The notes under the pieces were generated by a model. That model worked only from the letters and a program-made list of their open reading frames with translations, ran no database searches and was not told the origin of the DNA. A DNA stretch of 64,000 nt from Fibrobacteria bacterium. GTDB lineage: Bacteria > Fibrobacterota > Fibrobacteria > UBA11236 > JADFYW01. Where the stretch lies: assembly GCA_050294405.1 (NCBI GenBank), contig JBNKOC010000012.1, positions 448,001-512,000 of the forward strand, given 5' to 3'. Below are positions 20,131 to 31,380 of the stretch, one piece after another (the first letter of the stretch is position 1; each line of letters begins with the position of its first letter). Position numbers and translations under genes: made by a program.

Positions 20131-20355
20131 ATGGATTTTCGAAAGCCACAATACTTGACTTCAAAAGGTTTTAGTCGCAATCGAAAGGCTGCAGGGCTTG
20201 GCCCAAAATCAATAAAAGTTCCTTCAAAGGCAAGTCTCCCCCAAATTTTGGGAGGGAATCTTCCCCAAAAATCCGGTCTCAAAAAAGTTCAGATTTCCGA
20301 AGAAGCAGCTAAGCAAATCGCCATGGTCATACGAACCATGCTGCGCAGTAAATAG
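20131..20355 (+). CDS. Small basic hypothetical protein
   Basis: 74 aa ORF filling the intergenic gap, amphipathic C-terminal helix. Confidence 0.5.
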   Translation: MDFRKPQYLTSKGFSRNRKAAGLGPKSIKVPSKASLPQILGGNLPQKSGLKKVQISEEAAKQIAMVIRTMLRSK

Positions 20356-20509
20356 GCATTTTTGGGTTAATTTTTAGCTTTAATTGCAAAAAATTTCCAA
20401 TTCAGCACTTAAATCAGCCAAATTTTATTAAATAGTTTATGGGGAAGCGGGAATCCCCAGGATTTTAATATTTTTTTCAAATAGGTCTTTTTCATTTGCA
20501 ATAACTGAG

Positions 20510-21070
20510 GTGTGTATGGATAAAGTCAAAATGAATATGTTTGCGCTTAAAAGCGGATTGATTTCAATTGTTTTCGGTCTTTTATTTTCTTCTTTGGCTT
20601 TTACTCAGGAAGATGATGGATCCGATATGGAAGTTCCCGAAAGAGGGGGCACAGGCCAGGTAACAGTTATCACTACTCCTAGCAAGGCTAAAGTATACCT
20701 TGGGGGAGAAGAAATAGGAATAACACCCATTGAGGAAAAATCCTTTCCCAGTGGAAGACATGATTTAACCATTATGTTACAGGGCGAAGAATTGGTTAGC
20801 AAAAGGGTTAATGTTTGGCCTAATAAAACCACTAAAATTGAAGAAACACTGGTGATGCCTTACGGGACTGTGATTGTATCCGGTGCACCAAACAACACCC
20901 GCATACAAATCGACGACGTGGATGTGGGCAAAACAGAAGGTGGTCCTTTAACTATTAATAATGTTCAGCAGGGCGATCACATTCTAAAAGCTTCCAGGGG
21001 CGCGAAAAAGCGCAAATATGATATATCCGTATCTGGTGAAGATACTACCGAAGTTAAAATCAAATTTTAA
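20510..21070 (+). CDS. PEGA domain protein (exported)
   Basis: Signal peptide; VITTPSKAKVYLGGEEIGITP and a second PEGA-like repeat. Confidence 0.85.
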   Translation: MCMDKVKMNMFALKSGLISIVFGLLFSSLAFTQEDDGSDMEVPERGGTGQVTVITTPSKAKVYLGGEEIGITPIEEKSFPSGRHDLTIMLQGEELVSKRVNVWPNKTTKIEETLVMPYGTVIVSGAPNNTRIQIDDVDVGKTEGGPLTINNVQQGDHILKASRGAKKRKYDISVSGEDTTEVKIKF

Positions 21071-22416
21071 TTGATTTCGTATTCCTTGACTTTATAAAGC
21101 AAGGAACGTCTGCTTATGCCAAGGTCCTCAGCGGCCTTGGTTTTGTTCCAACGGTGTTTTTCCAGCGCTTTTATAATTTCTTCTTTTTCATGAAGCTGTC
21201 GGTTTTTCTTTAATCCGGTGCTCTCTACTCCATTCTCTGAAACGGGATTTGATTCCGCTCCAGGTAAATCAAGTTGCAGGCCTAAATCTGCATCACCCAA
21301 AACCACAGCTCTTTCCACGGTATTTTCCAGCTCCCGAATATTTCCAGGCCAGTTATAACTAATTAACATCTGGATTTGCGCAGGGCTTAAGGAAAGCCGG
21401 CAATTGTACCTGTTATTAAAATTTTCCAGAAAGAAATTAGCCAAATCTGCAACATCTTCTTTTCTATCTCGCAAAGGGGGCAGTTGTATGGGAATAATAT
21501 TCAAGCGATAGTATAAATCTTCCCTAAAGTTTCCCAACGCAATTTCTTCTTTTAAGTCTTTGTTGGTGGCTGCTACCAGCCTAAAATCAATGGGTATGGA
21601 TTGGCTGGAGCCCAGGGGGTCGATGGTTTTTTCCTGCAATACCCTTAACAATTTAACCTGGAGCTGTAAGGGCATTTCACCAATTTCATCCAGGAAAATG
21701 GTCCCTGTATTGGCTAGAGCAAATTTGCCAGGCTTGCTGTCCAAAGCCCCGGAAAAGGCTCCCTTTTCGTGTCCGAACAATTCGCTTTCAATAAGGTTTT
21801 CAGGAATGGCTCCACAATTAATGGCAATAAAAGGATTTTTAGCACGGGAACTGTTCTCGTGAATGCATCGGGCGAATACTTCTTTTCCCGTTCCGCTTTC
21901 TCCTAATATCAATACATTTGAATCCGTAGCGGCCGCTTTTAAGGCAATATTCAAACTCTTTTGAAAACTTTGGGACTTTCCAATGATACCCGAGTTTTCT
22001 TTGGATAATTCGGGAGCCTGAAGTGGCTCGGTGCGCATGGATTTTTCTTTAATGAGCTTGGATACAATCGAGCGCACATTTGCATTTTCAAAAGGTTTGG
22101 ATAAAAAATCCGAAGCCCCGCTTCTTAGGGCCGAAATGACTTTGTCCACTGATGTATGTGCTGTTATCATTAAAAACTTAATGTCGGGCTGTTCTTGCTT
22201 TACCTTGCTCAAAAATTCCAGTCCATCCATTCCAGGCATTTGGATGTCGCAAACTACAACATCTAAATTTTCTTCCAGGACGAGTTGGGTGGCCTTGTCA
22301 GCGGATTCTGCGGTAAAAATTTTGTTTGCAAGTGGAGTGAGGGTGGCTGCCAGGATTTCTCTGATGTGGATTTCATCATCCACAATTAAAATATTTCCCT
22401 TAATAACTTCAGTCAT
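21067..22416 (-). CDS. Sigma-54-dependent response regulator (NtrC/AtoC family)
   Basis: REC domain (ILIVDDE, DIQMPGMDG), GESGTGKE, ESELFGHEKGAFSGA, FREDLYYRLN, Fis-type HTH. Confidence 0.95.
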   Translation of the reverse strand: MTEVIKGNILIVDDEIHIREILAATLTPLANKIFTAESADKATQLVLEENLDVVVCDIQMPGMDGLEFLSKVKQEQPDIKFLMITAHTSVDKVISALRSGASDFLSKPFENANVRSIVSKLIKEKSMRTEPLQAPELSKENSGIIGKSQSFQKSLNIALKAAATDSNVLILGESGTGKEVFARCIHENSSRAKNPFIAINCGAIPENLIESELFGHEKGAFSGALDSKPGKFALANTGTIFLDEIGEMPLQLQVKLLRVLQEKTIDPLGSSQSIPIDFRLVAATNKDLKEEIALGNFREDLYYRLNIIPIQLPPLRDRKEDVADLANFFLENFNNRYNCRLSLSPAQIQMLISYNWPGNIRELENTVERAVVLGDADLGLQLDLPGAESNPVSENGVESTGLKKNRQLHEKEEIIKALEKHRWNKTKAAEDLGISRRSLLYKVKEYEIN

Positions 22417-22458
22417 TCTTTACATTGCCCCCAATAACATAATAAAGCCAAAATTCAA

Positions 22459-24537
22459 TTAACTTCCTTTTGGCAATTCCAAAATAAACCGGGTGCCCGG
22501 TTCCAGCGGCTCAAAATATAAGTCCCCCTTAAGGGCTTTGGCAATTTTCCGGGAAATTGAAAGGCCAAGACCGGTTCCAGTAGTGGATGTTGTGTAAAAG
22601 GGAGTAAAAATTTTGTTTCTATCTTCCTCGGGGATACCTATGCCATCGTCTTCCACGGCGATTTTTATTTTTGATCCCGCACTGTATAAATGTATCTGAA
22701 CGGGATTTTTGGATTTTTGGAATCTTTGCGCATTTTGAGTCAAATTGAGCATAATTTGCTCCAATCCGTTTTCATCTGAAAGAATTTCCAATTGCTTTAT
22801 TTTGCAGTTTAGCTGGAGAGGTTTTTCTTCGTTGAGATGGTTTTGCCTTTCCACAAACTTTTCCAACCAGGAAATTAAATCAAAAGCTTTTAGGGAGGAT
22901 TGGAAGGGAGAAGAAAAATCCAAAAAACGTCTCACCACATGGTTCAAACGCGTGGCGTCTTTTAAAATAATTTCGATGAACCTATCTGAATTGGGAATGC
23001 CTTCCTTTAAAACCTGCGCGGCTCCATAAATGCCTCCCAGGGGGTTTTTAATTTCATGGGCCATTGTGGCAGCCATCATACCGACCTGGCTTAGGTGCTC
23101 TTTTTCCGACTGTTCTTTTAAGAGTTTTATTTGATGTAAATGATTCCCTAAAATATCGCTAATGGATGTTAGTATAGGCATAACAATAGTCCAGGATTCC
23201 GGGCGAAACCGGGATTGGGAAAAAATAAGCAGGGCTGCTACCTCATTTCTCGCCTTGACCGGGATAATCAAATCTCTTTTTAGCCTGTCTAAGAGACGCA
23301 GGCCCATTAAAATTTTAAACTTTGGTTCAGGATTGTTATCCAGTCTCAACTCATTAATAACATTTCGCCTGGATAACATGGATTCCAGATTGGCATTGGC
23401 GAATAAATTTCGTTTTAAATTTTCCGGCAGGGGAGCGCCGATAACCTTATAATGTCTCCTCAAAAATTGGTCGTCTACTCTTTCAAATAAAATCCCTGTT
23501 CCATTTTCGTAGTCGAACTCTTTTTCCATTTCCTGGATAACGGTTTGCACCATTTTCTCTTCGGAATCCAATTGGCTTAATTGGGAAGATAAAGTGGTGT
23601 AAAAGTCTCTGAAGTAATAGCGCACGGGAAAAAAACGTTTTCGGGTTTTTCGCAACACAAACAAATATACCGGAGTGAGAATAAAAACAAAAAAGGAAAA
23701 TAAGGTAATTAGAGTGGAGCTGGAGGGAGAAATATCCAGTACCTGGATAACAAACATAGTGGCGTGGTATATGAAAAAACTTACAGTTATAACGGTTCCC
23801 AAATAAAGCGTCCACAAAATAGTGGACTTCACAATATCTGAGGCGGCGATAAAATTGAATCGATAAATGGCCCAGTAAAAAATACTCCCAAATACCAAAG
23901 GCGATAAATCGGCAATAGGATACACCGGATACCCGTATATGCTTACAAATTCTAGACTTCCCAGGGAAAAACCGCATAAGGCGCCAAAAAAAATGGTGTT
24001 CACCTGTTTTTTTAAATGGGGGACTTTGGCATAAAATTTAGGGATTAGTACAAATATGCCCAGTCCCATAAATAGGCCGAAAGTAAGCACGTATAGGAAA
24101 TACCACTTGCTGGGATCTCTAAAATAACCATAAGCTGTGGCGATATCGCCATTGGAAAGCACGCCTTTAATTTCCAGATAGATGAGTATAAAGGCACTAA
24201 GGTAACCTAAATAGGAGAGCCAATTGAATATACCTTTGTCGCGAAAGGAAATTTGGCAAGCCAAACGAAAAAAGGTGCAGTAACAAAAGGTGATACCGGC
24301 GAAAGACAGGTTGGACCAAAAAACAGTGTTGATGTAAATGGGAAAATCTGGAACCAGGGTTAAATTTTTAATTACTTTGCCGCCCTGCCAAACCACCATA
24401 GTAAAACTTAAAATGGCAAAATTTATTCCGCCCCTTCGTTTATACTGAAAGGTTAAGAGGATAAAGAGGTAAAACGCAGAAATTGCGGAGAGTGAGGAAA
24501 ATACCAGTTGCGGATATTTGAGAAAAAAGTCAATCAT
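22459..24537 (-). CDS. Multi-TM sensor histidine kinase (7TM-like N-terminus, GAF-like region, HisKA/HATPase)
   Basis: MAHEIKNPL, NLTQNA, DDGIGI, FYTT..GTGLGLSI; many N-terminal TM helices. Confidence 0.92.
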   Translation of the reverse strand: MIDFFLKYPQLVFSSLSAISAFYLFILLTFQYKRRGGINFAILSFTMVVWQGGKVIKNLTLVPDFPIYINTVFWSNLSFAGITFCYCTFFRLACQISFRDKGIFNWLSYLGYLSAFILIYLEIKGVLSNGDIATAYGYFRDPSKWYFLYVLTFGLFMGLGIFVLIPKFYAKVPHLKKQVNTIFFGALCGFSLGSLEFVSIYGYPVYPIADLSPLVFGSIFYWAIYRFNFIAASDIVKSTILWTLYLGTVITVSFFIYHATMFVIQVLDISPSSSTLITLFSFFVFILTPVYLFVLRKTRKRFFPVRYYFRDFYTTLSSQLSQLDSEEKMVQTVIQEMEKEFDYENGTGILFERVDDQFLRRHYKVIGAPLPENLKRNLFANANLESMLSRRNVINELRLDNNPEPKFKILMGLRLLDRLKRDLIIPVKARNEVAALLIFSQSRFRPESWTIVMPILTSISDILGNHLHQIKLLKEQSEKEHLSQVGMMAATMAHEIKNPLGGIYGAAQVLKEGIPNSDRFIEIILKDATRLNHVVRRFLDFSSPFQSSLKAFDLISWLEKFVERQNHLNEEKPLQLNCKIKQLEILSDENGLEQIMLNLTQNAQRFQKSKNPVQIHLYSAGSKIKIAVEDDGIGIPEEDRNKIFTPFYTTSTTGTGLGLSISRKIAKALKGDLYFEPLEPGTRFILELPKGS

Positions 24538-24598
24538 ATGAGCAGGGAGTGGTTAATATAGAAACTCCCTTCTCAATAATAGCTTTATTAAGACTCCA

Positions 24599-25222
24599 TT
24601 AAAAATTAGGATGCAATCCGCACTCTCTTTTGTCCAAAACTTTGGTGGGATCAAAATAATTTTTAACTGAGGGTAAATTGTGCTCAGCTAAATAGGCCTC
24701 CATGTCTTCATGGGTCCAATTCAAAACAGGGCATACTTTTACCATGTCGTATTTTCCAGGGGATACGATGTCGAGCCCTTGGCGAAATTCTGTTTGGTCT
24801 TTTCTCAAGGCCGTAAGCCAGGCTTTTGGTTTAAGCTCCTGTAAACCTCTGTCAAAAGGTTCCAACTTGACTTCTTCGGTAAATTTATCGTGGAGTTCCT
24901 TTTTTTCAATTTGGGGAATTCCACCATACAGCGCATCTCTATAACCCACGGTGGTTTTGGGAACGTATAGCTTAATATTAAGATTGAGCATTTCGATTAG
25001 CTTAAAGGCGCAGTTGTAAGTTTCTCTGGTATTGTAACCGTGATCGGCCCATAAGACTGGGATATCCTTTTTGGCCTGCACTGCCATATGCAACAATACA
25101 GCCTCTTGAGGGCGAAAATTAGTGGAAATAAAAATATCCTCGGAGTATTGGGAAACGGCCCAATTTACAATTTCCTGAGGGCTGGCTTTTGCCAATTTTT
25201 CATTTACTTCTGATAAATTCAT
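24599..25222 (-). CDS. cysH: Phosphoadenosine phosphosulfate reductase family (no FeS-cluster Cys motif)
   Basis: DHGYNTRETY, KLEPF, KVCPVLNW, C-terminal RECGLH. Confidence 0.85.
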   Translation of the reverse strand: MNLSEVNEKLAKASPQEIVNWAVSQYSEDIFISTNFRPQEAVLLHMAVQAKKDIPVLWADHGYNTRETYNCAFKLIEMLNLNIKLYVPKTTVGYRDALYGGIPQIEKKELHDKFTEEVKLEPFDRGLQELKPKAWLTALRKDQTEFRQGLDIVSPGKYDMVKVCPVLNWTHEDMEAYLAEHNLPSVKNYFDPTKVLDKRECGLHPNF

Positions 25223-25399
25223 AATGCTGTCCTTGTTAGATTAAGTAATTTATTATCCCAAAAGCATATCCTCAACCCTTAGGGCAGGAGAATAATCCAA
25301 ATTGTCAAAAACAGGCAATTGGACAAAGGGATAATTTTTTCCATTTTTGAAAGGGAATGAGGCAGGCCGGGCTTTATCTATCTTAAAAAGGGAACAAAC

Positions 25400-27007
25400 A
25401 TGACTGAATTTATCTACGAACCGCTTTTTCAGCACGGAGAGGACAAAACAAAGTATCGATTGCTTAGCTCCGATTATGTAAAAACCTTTAATGTTAATGG
25501 AAAAGAGGTATTGGAAGTCGAACCCGAAGCCCTGGAATTATTGGCTGAACAGGCCATGAAGGACGTCTCTTTTTATTTGCGATCTGCCCATCTATCCAGC
25601 TTAAGAAAAATTCTGGAAGACCCCGAAGCTTCGGAAAATGATAAATTTGTGGCTCGCAACCTTTTGGAAAATGCCGTTATTGCCAAAGAAGGAAAACTTC
25701 CGTCTTGCCAGGACACCGGCACCGCTGTGGTTATGGCAAAAAAAGGAGGGCGGGTCTGGACCGATGAAAATGATTCGTTACATCTTTCCAAAGGGATATA
25801 CAAAACATACGCAGAAAATAACTTGCGCTATTCCCAAGTTGTAGCCCAATCCATGTTTGAAGAAAAAAATACAGGCACAAACTTACCCGCTCAAATAGAT
25901 ATATCTGCTGTGGCTGGAAATGAATATTCCTTTTTGTTCCTGGCCAAGGGCGGTGGCTCTGCCAATAAAACTTTTTTGTATCAAAAAACAAAATCCCTCT
26001 TAACGGAAAATGCCATGGTGAAATTTGTTAAAAAAGAAATATTAACATTGGGGACATCGGCATGCCCCCCTTACCATCTAGCCATTGTAATTGGAGGCAC
26101 ATCCGCTGAGAGCACTCTTAAAACAGTAAAATTGGCCAGCGCGGGTTATTTGGATAATCTGCCCACCAGCGGGAATGAACACGGCAGGGCTTTTCGGGAT
26201 TTGGAATGGGAAGAAAAAATTGCAAATATCGCCCTCAATACCGGTATTGGCGCTCAATTTGGAGGCAAATATTTTATTCACGATGTAAGGGTAATTCGCT
26301 TATCTAGGCACGCGGCTTCCTGTCCTGTTGGCATGGGGGTTAGCTGTAGTGCAGATAGAAACATTAAGGGAAAAATCACATCGAAAGGAATTTTTCTGGA
26401 ACAGTTGGAAACTGAACCTGAAAAGTATTTGGAAGGCATTGAAACCAGTGCCCAGGAAGCAGTGGCTGTGGATTTAAACCGGCCCATGGATGAAATTTTA
26501 AAGCAACTATCTCAATATCCCATTAAAACAAGGCTTTCGTTATCAGGGGATGTTATTGTGGCTCGTGATATGGCCCATGCAAAGGTAAAAGAGTTAGTTG
26601 ATTCAGGAAAAGAAATGCCGGAGTATTTTAAAAACCATCCCATATATTATGCCGGACCTGCTAAAACCCCTGAAGGAATGCCTTCGGGCAGCTTTGGTCC
26701 TACTACTGCGGGGAGAATGGACCCCTATGTTGATGGCTTTATGGCCCTGGGAGGATCTAAAATTATGTTAGCTAAGGGAAACCGAAGCAAAGCGGTTCGG
26801 GATGCCTGTAAAAAATACGGAGGCTTTTATTTGGGAAGTATTGGGGGACCCGCTGCAATTCTGGCTAAGCAAAACATCCTTAAAGTGGAAATGGTCGATT
26901 TTGAGGAATTGGGAATGGAAGCCATAAGGAAAATTTCTGTCAAAAACTTTCCTGCTTTTATTGTTTGCGACGATAAAGGGAACGATTTTTTTGAAGGCCT
27001 CAGCTAA
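25400..27007 (+). CDS. Class I (Fe-S) fumarate hydratase
   Basis: [41 protein letters not shown]. Confidence 0.95.
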   Translation: MTEFIYEPLFQHGEDKTKYRLLSSDYVKTFNVNGKEVLEVEPEALELLAEQAMKDVSFYLRSAHLSSLRKILEDPEASENDKFVARNLLENAVIAKEGKLPSCQDTGTAVVMAKKGGRVWTDENDSLHLSKGIYKTYAENNLRYSQVVAQSMFEEKNTGTNLPAQIDISAVAGNEYSFLFLAKGGGSANKTFLYQKTKSLLTENAMVKFVKKEILTLGTSACPPYHLAIVIGGTSAESTLKTVKLASAGYLDNLPTSGNEHGRAFRDLEWEEKIANIALNTGIGAQFGGKYFIHDVRVIRLSRHAASCPVGMGVSCSADRNIKGKITSKGIFLEQLETEPEKYLEGIETSAQEAVAVDLNRPMDEILKQLSQYPIKTRLSLSGDVIVARDMAHAKVKELVDSGKEMPEYFKNHPIYYAGPAKTPEGMPSGSFGPTTAGRMDPYVDGFMALGGSKIMLAKGNRSKAVRDACKKYGGFYLGSIGGPAAILAKQNILKVEMVDFEELGMEAIRKISVKNFPAFIVCDDKGNDFFEGLS

Positions 27008-27028
27008 GAGGCCTTGGAAATTAAACAA

Positions 27029-27784
27029 TTAAGCTTGGGCAGCCGCCTTGCCTTGAGCGGCAACAGCAGCCATGGCGGCCTTGATAGCTTCTTCATCACC
27101 CAGATAGTAATGTTTAGTGGGTTTTAAATTTTCATCTAACTCATAGACCAGCGGAGTTCCGGTGGGAATGTTTAATTTTAAAATTTCTTCCTGAGACATT
27201 TTATCCAGAAACATCACCAAAGCTCTGAGGCTATTTCCATGAGCGGCAATAATTAAGTTCTTGCCAGCTTTTACTTCGGGCACAATGGTGTTTTCCCAAA
27301 AGGGAACCACTCTTTCCACAGTTTCCTTTAAACTTTCAGTTTTGGGAAGCTCCGCTTCTGAAAGTGATTTGTATCTCGGGTCGTTGCCGGGATATCGCTC
27401 ATCAGATGTATCCAATTCCGGAGGAGGAACATCGTAGCTTCTACGCCAGATTTTTACTTGCTCTTCACCATGCTTGGCCGCTGTTTCAGACTTGTCCAGG
27501 CCCTGAAGCCCGCCGTAATGGCGCTCGTTCAGCTTCCAGGTTTTTTCCACAGGAATCCACATTAAATCCATCTCTTTTAAAATATTCCAAAGTGTTCCAA
27601 TGGCCCGTTTAAGAACAGATGTATAAGCCTTATCAAAAACAAAGCCGTTTTCCTTCAGTAATTTTCCGGCGGTTTTAGCTTCGCCTTCGCCTTTTTCCGA
27701 AAGGGACACATCGGTCCAACCTGTAAACCTGTTTTCCTTATTCCAAACGCTTTCCCCATGTCTTACCAGCACAATTTTATACAT
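27029..27784 (-). CDS. gpmA: 2,3-bisphosphoglycerate-dependent phosphoglycerate mutase
   Basis: [37 protein letters not shown]. Confidence 0.97.
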   Translation of the reverse strand: MYKIVLVRHGESVWNKENRFTGWTDVSLSEKGEGEAKTAGKLLKENGFVFDKAYTSVLKRAIGTLWNILKEMDLMWIPVEKTWKLNERHYGGLQGLDKSETAAKHGEEQVKIWRRSYDVPPPELDTSDERYPGNDPRYKSLSEAELPKTESLKETVERVVPFWENTIVPEVKAGKNLIIAAHGNSLRALVMFLDKMSQEEILKLNIPTGTPLVYELDENLKPTKHYYLGDEEAIKAAMAAVAAQGKAAAQA

Positions 27785-27884
27785 AAGCATTCCTTTCCAT
27801 TTTCCTGTTCAATATATTACAAATCGGGATGAATTACAAAATAGGGCAAAATTAGTTTTTTTTGCCTGTATTTAGCAGAACTGA

Positions 27885-28877
27885 CTATGGGGTGTCGGGC
27901 ATTAGCACATCGATTTCCTTTATTTCCTTGGCCTTATCAGCGCCATCATCTGAAAAATAAAAGTAACCGGCGGCAGCCCCGCCTACCATAAGGCCTGTGC
28001 CCAATCCTAAATACCACCATTTTTTAGTGGAAGGGGGTTTCACATATTCCGGGCCTTCTCCGGATCGCTCGTATTTCACCAGGTTTTCTTCCAAATCCGG
28101 TTCGGCATTAGGATCAATTTTTTGCCCGCTTACCCCATAAAAGTCCATAAAAAAGCGGTTTGTTTCTTCAGCAACATCCATCAAAAGTTCCTGGTTGGCG
28201 TGGAATACTAACTTGGTATAACCTTGACCATTTTTTGCGATACCGCGTTTTGTCTGTATTTTGTTAACCAGATTGGAGTGCATGGGCTCCATTACATCAG
28301 CTTCTTCCTTAGTATTCAAGAAACTCACAATGACTTTTTTCTTATCCATAGATAAAAACACAAACTTTTCTGGGGGAACCCTATCAAATTCGGATTTAAC
28401 CGAGAGACTGTTTTCCTCGTTACTGCGAAAGGCCATGGATTTAAGTATAGAAGGCTCTTCCTTTCTGTTGACTTCCAGCCAACTGAAAACTGCGCTTAAA
28501 TTGTTTTGGCTAACTTCGTTGCGAACGGGTATTTTTTTTTCCAGGTAAATAGTGACCTGAGTTTGGGTAATTCCTTCTTTTTGAATTTGATCAGCCTCAA
28601 TATGCTGGACCGGACGAAGAATTTCCAAATTGGGAACCACCGTAGTGGAGCATTCTTTGAATTGATACACCAATAAGGTGATGTTGCCATCTGAATTTGA
28701 ATTTAAATTGTACTCTGGAACCAAGGAGCTAAATTCAAATTTAACATAGGGTCCGTCCCTGTTTTCCAGAACTTTAATTCCTTCTAAAACTGTAGACCAA
28801 CTAGGCAATGCAGCCAAAAACAGAAATAATAAAATTGAGCCAGGTGCTGCCTTCCTGGATTTATACTTGAAAATCAA
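27885..28877 (-). CDS. Exported protein with AMIN-like repeats and a C-terminal membrane anchor
   Basis: Signal peptide, two beta-rich repeats, KKWWYLGLGTGLMVGGAAAGYFYF tail. Confidence 0.55.
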   Translation of the reverse strand: MIFKYKSRKAAPGSILLFLFLAALPSWSTVLEGIKVLENRDGPYVKFEFSSLVPEYNLNSNSDGNITLLVYQFKECSTTVVPNLEILRPVQHIEADQIQKEGITQTQVTIYLEKKIPVRNEVSQNNLSAVFSWLEVNRKEEPSILKSMAFRSNEENSLSVKSEFDRVPPEKFVFLSMDKKKVIVSFLNTKEEADVMEPMHSNLVNKIQTKRGIAKNGQGYTKLVFHANQELLMDVAEETNRFFMDFYGVSGQKIDPNAEPDLEENLVKYERSGEGPEYVKPPSTKKWWYLGLGTGLMVGGAAAGYFYFSDDGADKAKEIKEIDVLMPDTP

Positions 28878-29093
28878 AAATTGCCCTCGGAAAATTATTT
28901 TCTGCCAAAGCCCCTCGTCCCATTAATCCTAGCACAAGGTTTAATTTTCATCAATTTAAAAAACCGCGAGCCAAAATACCCAGGTTGAAAAGCTTAATTT
29001 GATAAAATTTAATTAAATCAAATAACTAAAAAAAATAAAAAAACTAAATAATTGGATTTTTATTCCATAATGGGAATTTTTCCCATTAAAGGC

Positions 29094-30122
29094 TTATTTG
29101 TTTGTGGCCAAATATTTTTTTCCCTCTTCGGATTGAGGGTAAGCCTTCAGCAATTTTTGGTATTCTTTTTTGGCCTTTTGTTTTTGGTTTTCGCTGGCCA
29201 GGGCATCGCAATACTGCTCCCAGGTTTTTTGATCCCGTTTTTCCTCAGGTATCTTGGAAAAGTGGCTGATGGCCTCCTTGTAATTTTCCCTTTTGAAATA
29301 AATTTTGGCCAATAGCCCGTGAACAGTGGGGCTTGGGTTTTTCATATTGTTAAAAAATATTTTTGCATGAGAATAGTTGCCCTGGAAAAAATAAAGAATA
29401 CCCTGTGCTTCCAACAGAGTTTCATCATTGGGAGTGGAGGTAATCAGGGCCATTAATTTTTGTTGAAACTTAGCGGTATCGATCTTTGTTTTTTGAAGTT
29501 TGTTTATGGCGGCAATCGTTTTGTGGAACTCCATTTTTTTCCCCAACTGGGAATCCCTATTTTGGTTGTCCACAGCCAATTCTTCCATTTGGGCTTGTCC
29601 TAACATGTTGGCAAAAAACAAATGGCTTCCCGGTGTCATGCTCAACTCTTCCAGAACCTGAACGTAATCAGGGTCAGCCCCATTAGATCCCTGTTTTTCC
29701 ATGAATTTTAAATAATTGATAGCCTGCACCATATCTTTGGGATTCATTTCAAATAACTTCTTATAGCACTCTTTTTGGCCCTGAATGGTTCCGGACTTTT
29801 TTAGGGATTTTAAATAACGGCTTATGTTTCGATAGTCTTTGGGAAACATATCCACCAACACCTTGTATACGTCCCGGGCAGAGCTCCAGTTCTCATCGTA
29901 CTCATAGGCTTCGGCCAAACCAGCCAAAATCATGGGGTTTTCCGGTTCTAACTTTTGGGCGATTTTATAGTTACTTATGGCCTTAGCATAGTCCTCTTCT
30001 TCCATAAATTTTTCAGCCTGCCCCAGCGCTTGTTTTAAATTATCTGGGCTAGGCCAGGCACAAATTATTCCGAAAACTATGCATATGTTGATTTTGCACA
30101 ATAACTTTACAACGGAATTCAT
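29094..30122 (-). CDS. Tetratricopeptide repeat protein
   Basis: YAKAISNYKIAQKLEPEN, LAKIYFKRENYKEAI, YQKLLKAYPQS. Confidence 0.85.
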   Translation of the reverse strand: MNSVVKLLCKINICIVFGIICAWPSPDNLKQALGQAEKFMEEEDYAKAISNYKIAQKLEPENPMILAGLAEAYEYDENWSSARDVYKVLVDMFPKDYRNISRYLKSLKKSGTIQGQKECYKKLFEMNPKDMVQAINYLKFMEKQGSNGADPDYVQVLEELSMTPGSHLFFANMLGQAQMEELAVDNQNRDSQLGKKMEFHKTIAAINKLQKTKIDTAKFQQKLMALITSTPNDETLLEAQGILYFFQGNYSHAKIFFNNMKNPSPTVHGLLAKIYFKRENYKEAISHFSKIPEEKRDQKTWEQYCDALASENQKQKAKKEYQKLLKAYPQSEEGKKYLATNK

Positions 30123-30230
30123 AAATTCAACTTTTCCTATAATTGATTACTTCCCAATATTTATAATAAGGAAAAAATCAATTTTCACCTTGGTCTTTTT
30201 TAAAAAACGCTGGCTGGTTTTATAAATAGA

Positions 30231-30254
30231 CCCTTAAAATCCCTATTTTAAGGG
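30231..30254 (-). terminator. Probable terminator after the sugar ABC operon
   Basis: CCCTTAAAAT-ccct-ATTTTAAGGG perfect stem just past the permease stop. Confidence 0.5.
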
Positions 30255-30258
30255 CTTC

Positions 30259-31380
30259 TTAGGCGGCTACACCGCTTTTTTTATGGAGGGCCCATTTGTC
30301 CAGGGCTACGGCGGTAGTTAATATCAGGCCTAATATCAGCTTTTGAACAGGAGAAGCTATTCCAACCTGTTCCATGCCATTGAGGATGCTTGCCATTAAA
30401 ACGGCCCCTAGTAAAGACATCCAAATTGATCCGGTACCTCCCTTTAAGCTGGCTCCCCCTAAAACGCAGGCTGCGATGGCGTAAAGTTCCTGGTAATCCC
30501 CTATATCCGGAGCGCCAGCCATAAGTTGGGTTGTGGCTACGGTTCCTGCGGCCAGAACCATTATAGCCATTAACATAAACACCAAAATGGTGATTTTAGA
30601 GGTGTTAACTCCTGCATAATATGCCGCCTCTGGATTAGATCCCACGGCGTACAATTGCCTGCCAAAACGGGTCTTGTTCGCTAAAAAACTATAAATTGCA
30701 GCCAGAACTACCATTAACATGGCGCAAAAAGGAATTCCCCTGTCCTGGTTGCAAACCAGAGTTATTCCAAGGCTTAATATACCAACCAGAAAAAACCTCG
30801 CAACCAACCCCAATGGAGCATCTGCTGGGATTTGTTTTGACTTTTGCCTTCTGATTTTAAGCAGGCCCGACATCAAAATTTGCAGGGGGATGTAGCAAGC
30901 AATAACCAGGGCTAATGTTTTTGGCAAGTATCCCTGGCCGATGTACAGATAGGTTTCATTTAAAATGGGAATAACGGGATTTGCAATTAAATGTTTAAGC
31001 CCCATATATGCCATAAGACCGGAAAGCGTTACAATAAACGATGGCACCTTTAAATACACCACACATATTCCATGTATAAGGCCCATGGTTAAGGCTAAGC
31101 AAATTCCAATTACAAATACAACTGGCAAAGGCAATTGCTGATTTGTTAGAAAGTAGGCGCCATAGGCGCCTAAAAGGCCTAGGCCCGAACCGACTGATAA
31201 GTCAATGTGGCCGTTTACTATGACTAATGTCATGCCGATGGACAATAGGCCAACCACAGAAACATATTTAAAGAGATTTACGAAATTGGCCGGATTGAAG
31301 ACGGCTCCATCCGATAAAAAATGAAAGAGTAAAAGTATAAGCGGTATAGCCACTAAAAGGGTTATTAGTCTTTGATTCAT
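30259..31380 (-). CDS. Sugar ABC transporter permease (XylH-like)
   Basis: GHIDLSVGS, VPSFIVTL, TRFGRQLYAVGSNPEAA, ELYAIAACVLGGASLKGG. Confidence 0.9.
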   Translation of the reverse strand: MNQRLITLLVAIPLILLLFHFLSDGAVFNPANFVNLFKYVSVVGLLSIGMTLVIVNGHIDLSVGSGLGLLGAYGAYFLTNQQLPLPVVFVIGICLALTMGLIHGICVVYLKVPSFIVTLSGLMAYMGLKHLIANPVIPILNETYLYIGQGYLPKTLALVIACYIPLQILMSGLLKIRRQKSKQIPADAPLGLVARFFLVGILSLGITLVCNQDRGIPFCAMLMVVLAAIYSFLANKTRFGRQLYAVGSNPEAAYYAGVNTSKITILVFMLMAIMVLAAGTVATTQLMAGAPDIGDYQELYAIAACVLGGASLKGGTGSIWMSLLGAVLMASILNGMEQVGIASPVQKLILGLILTTAVALDKWALHKKSGVAA

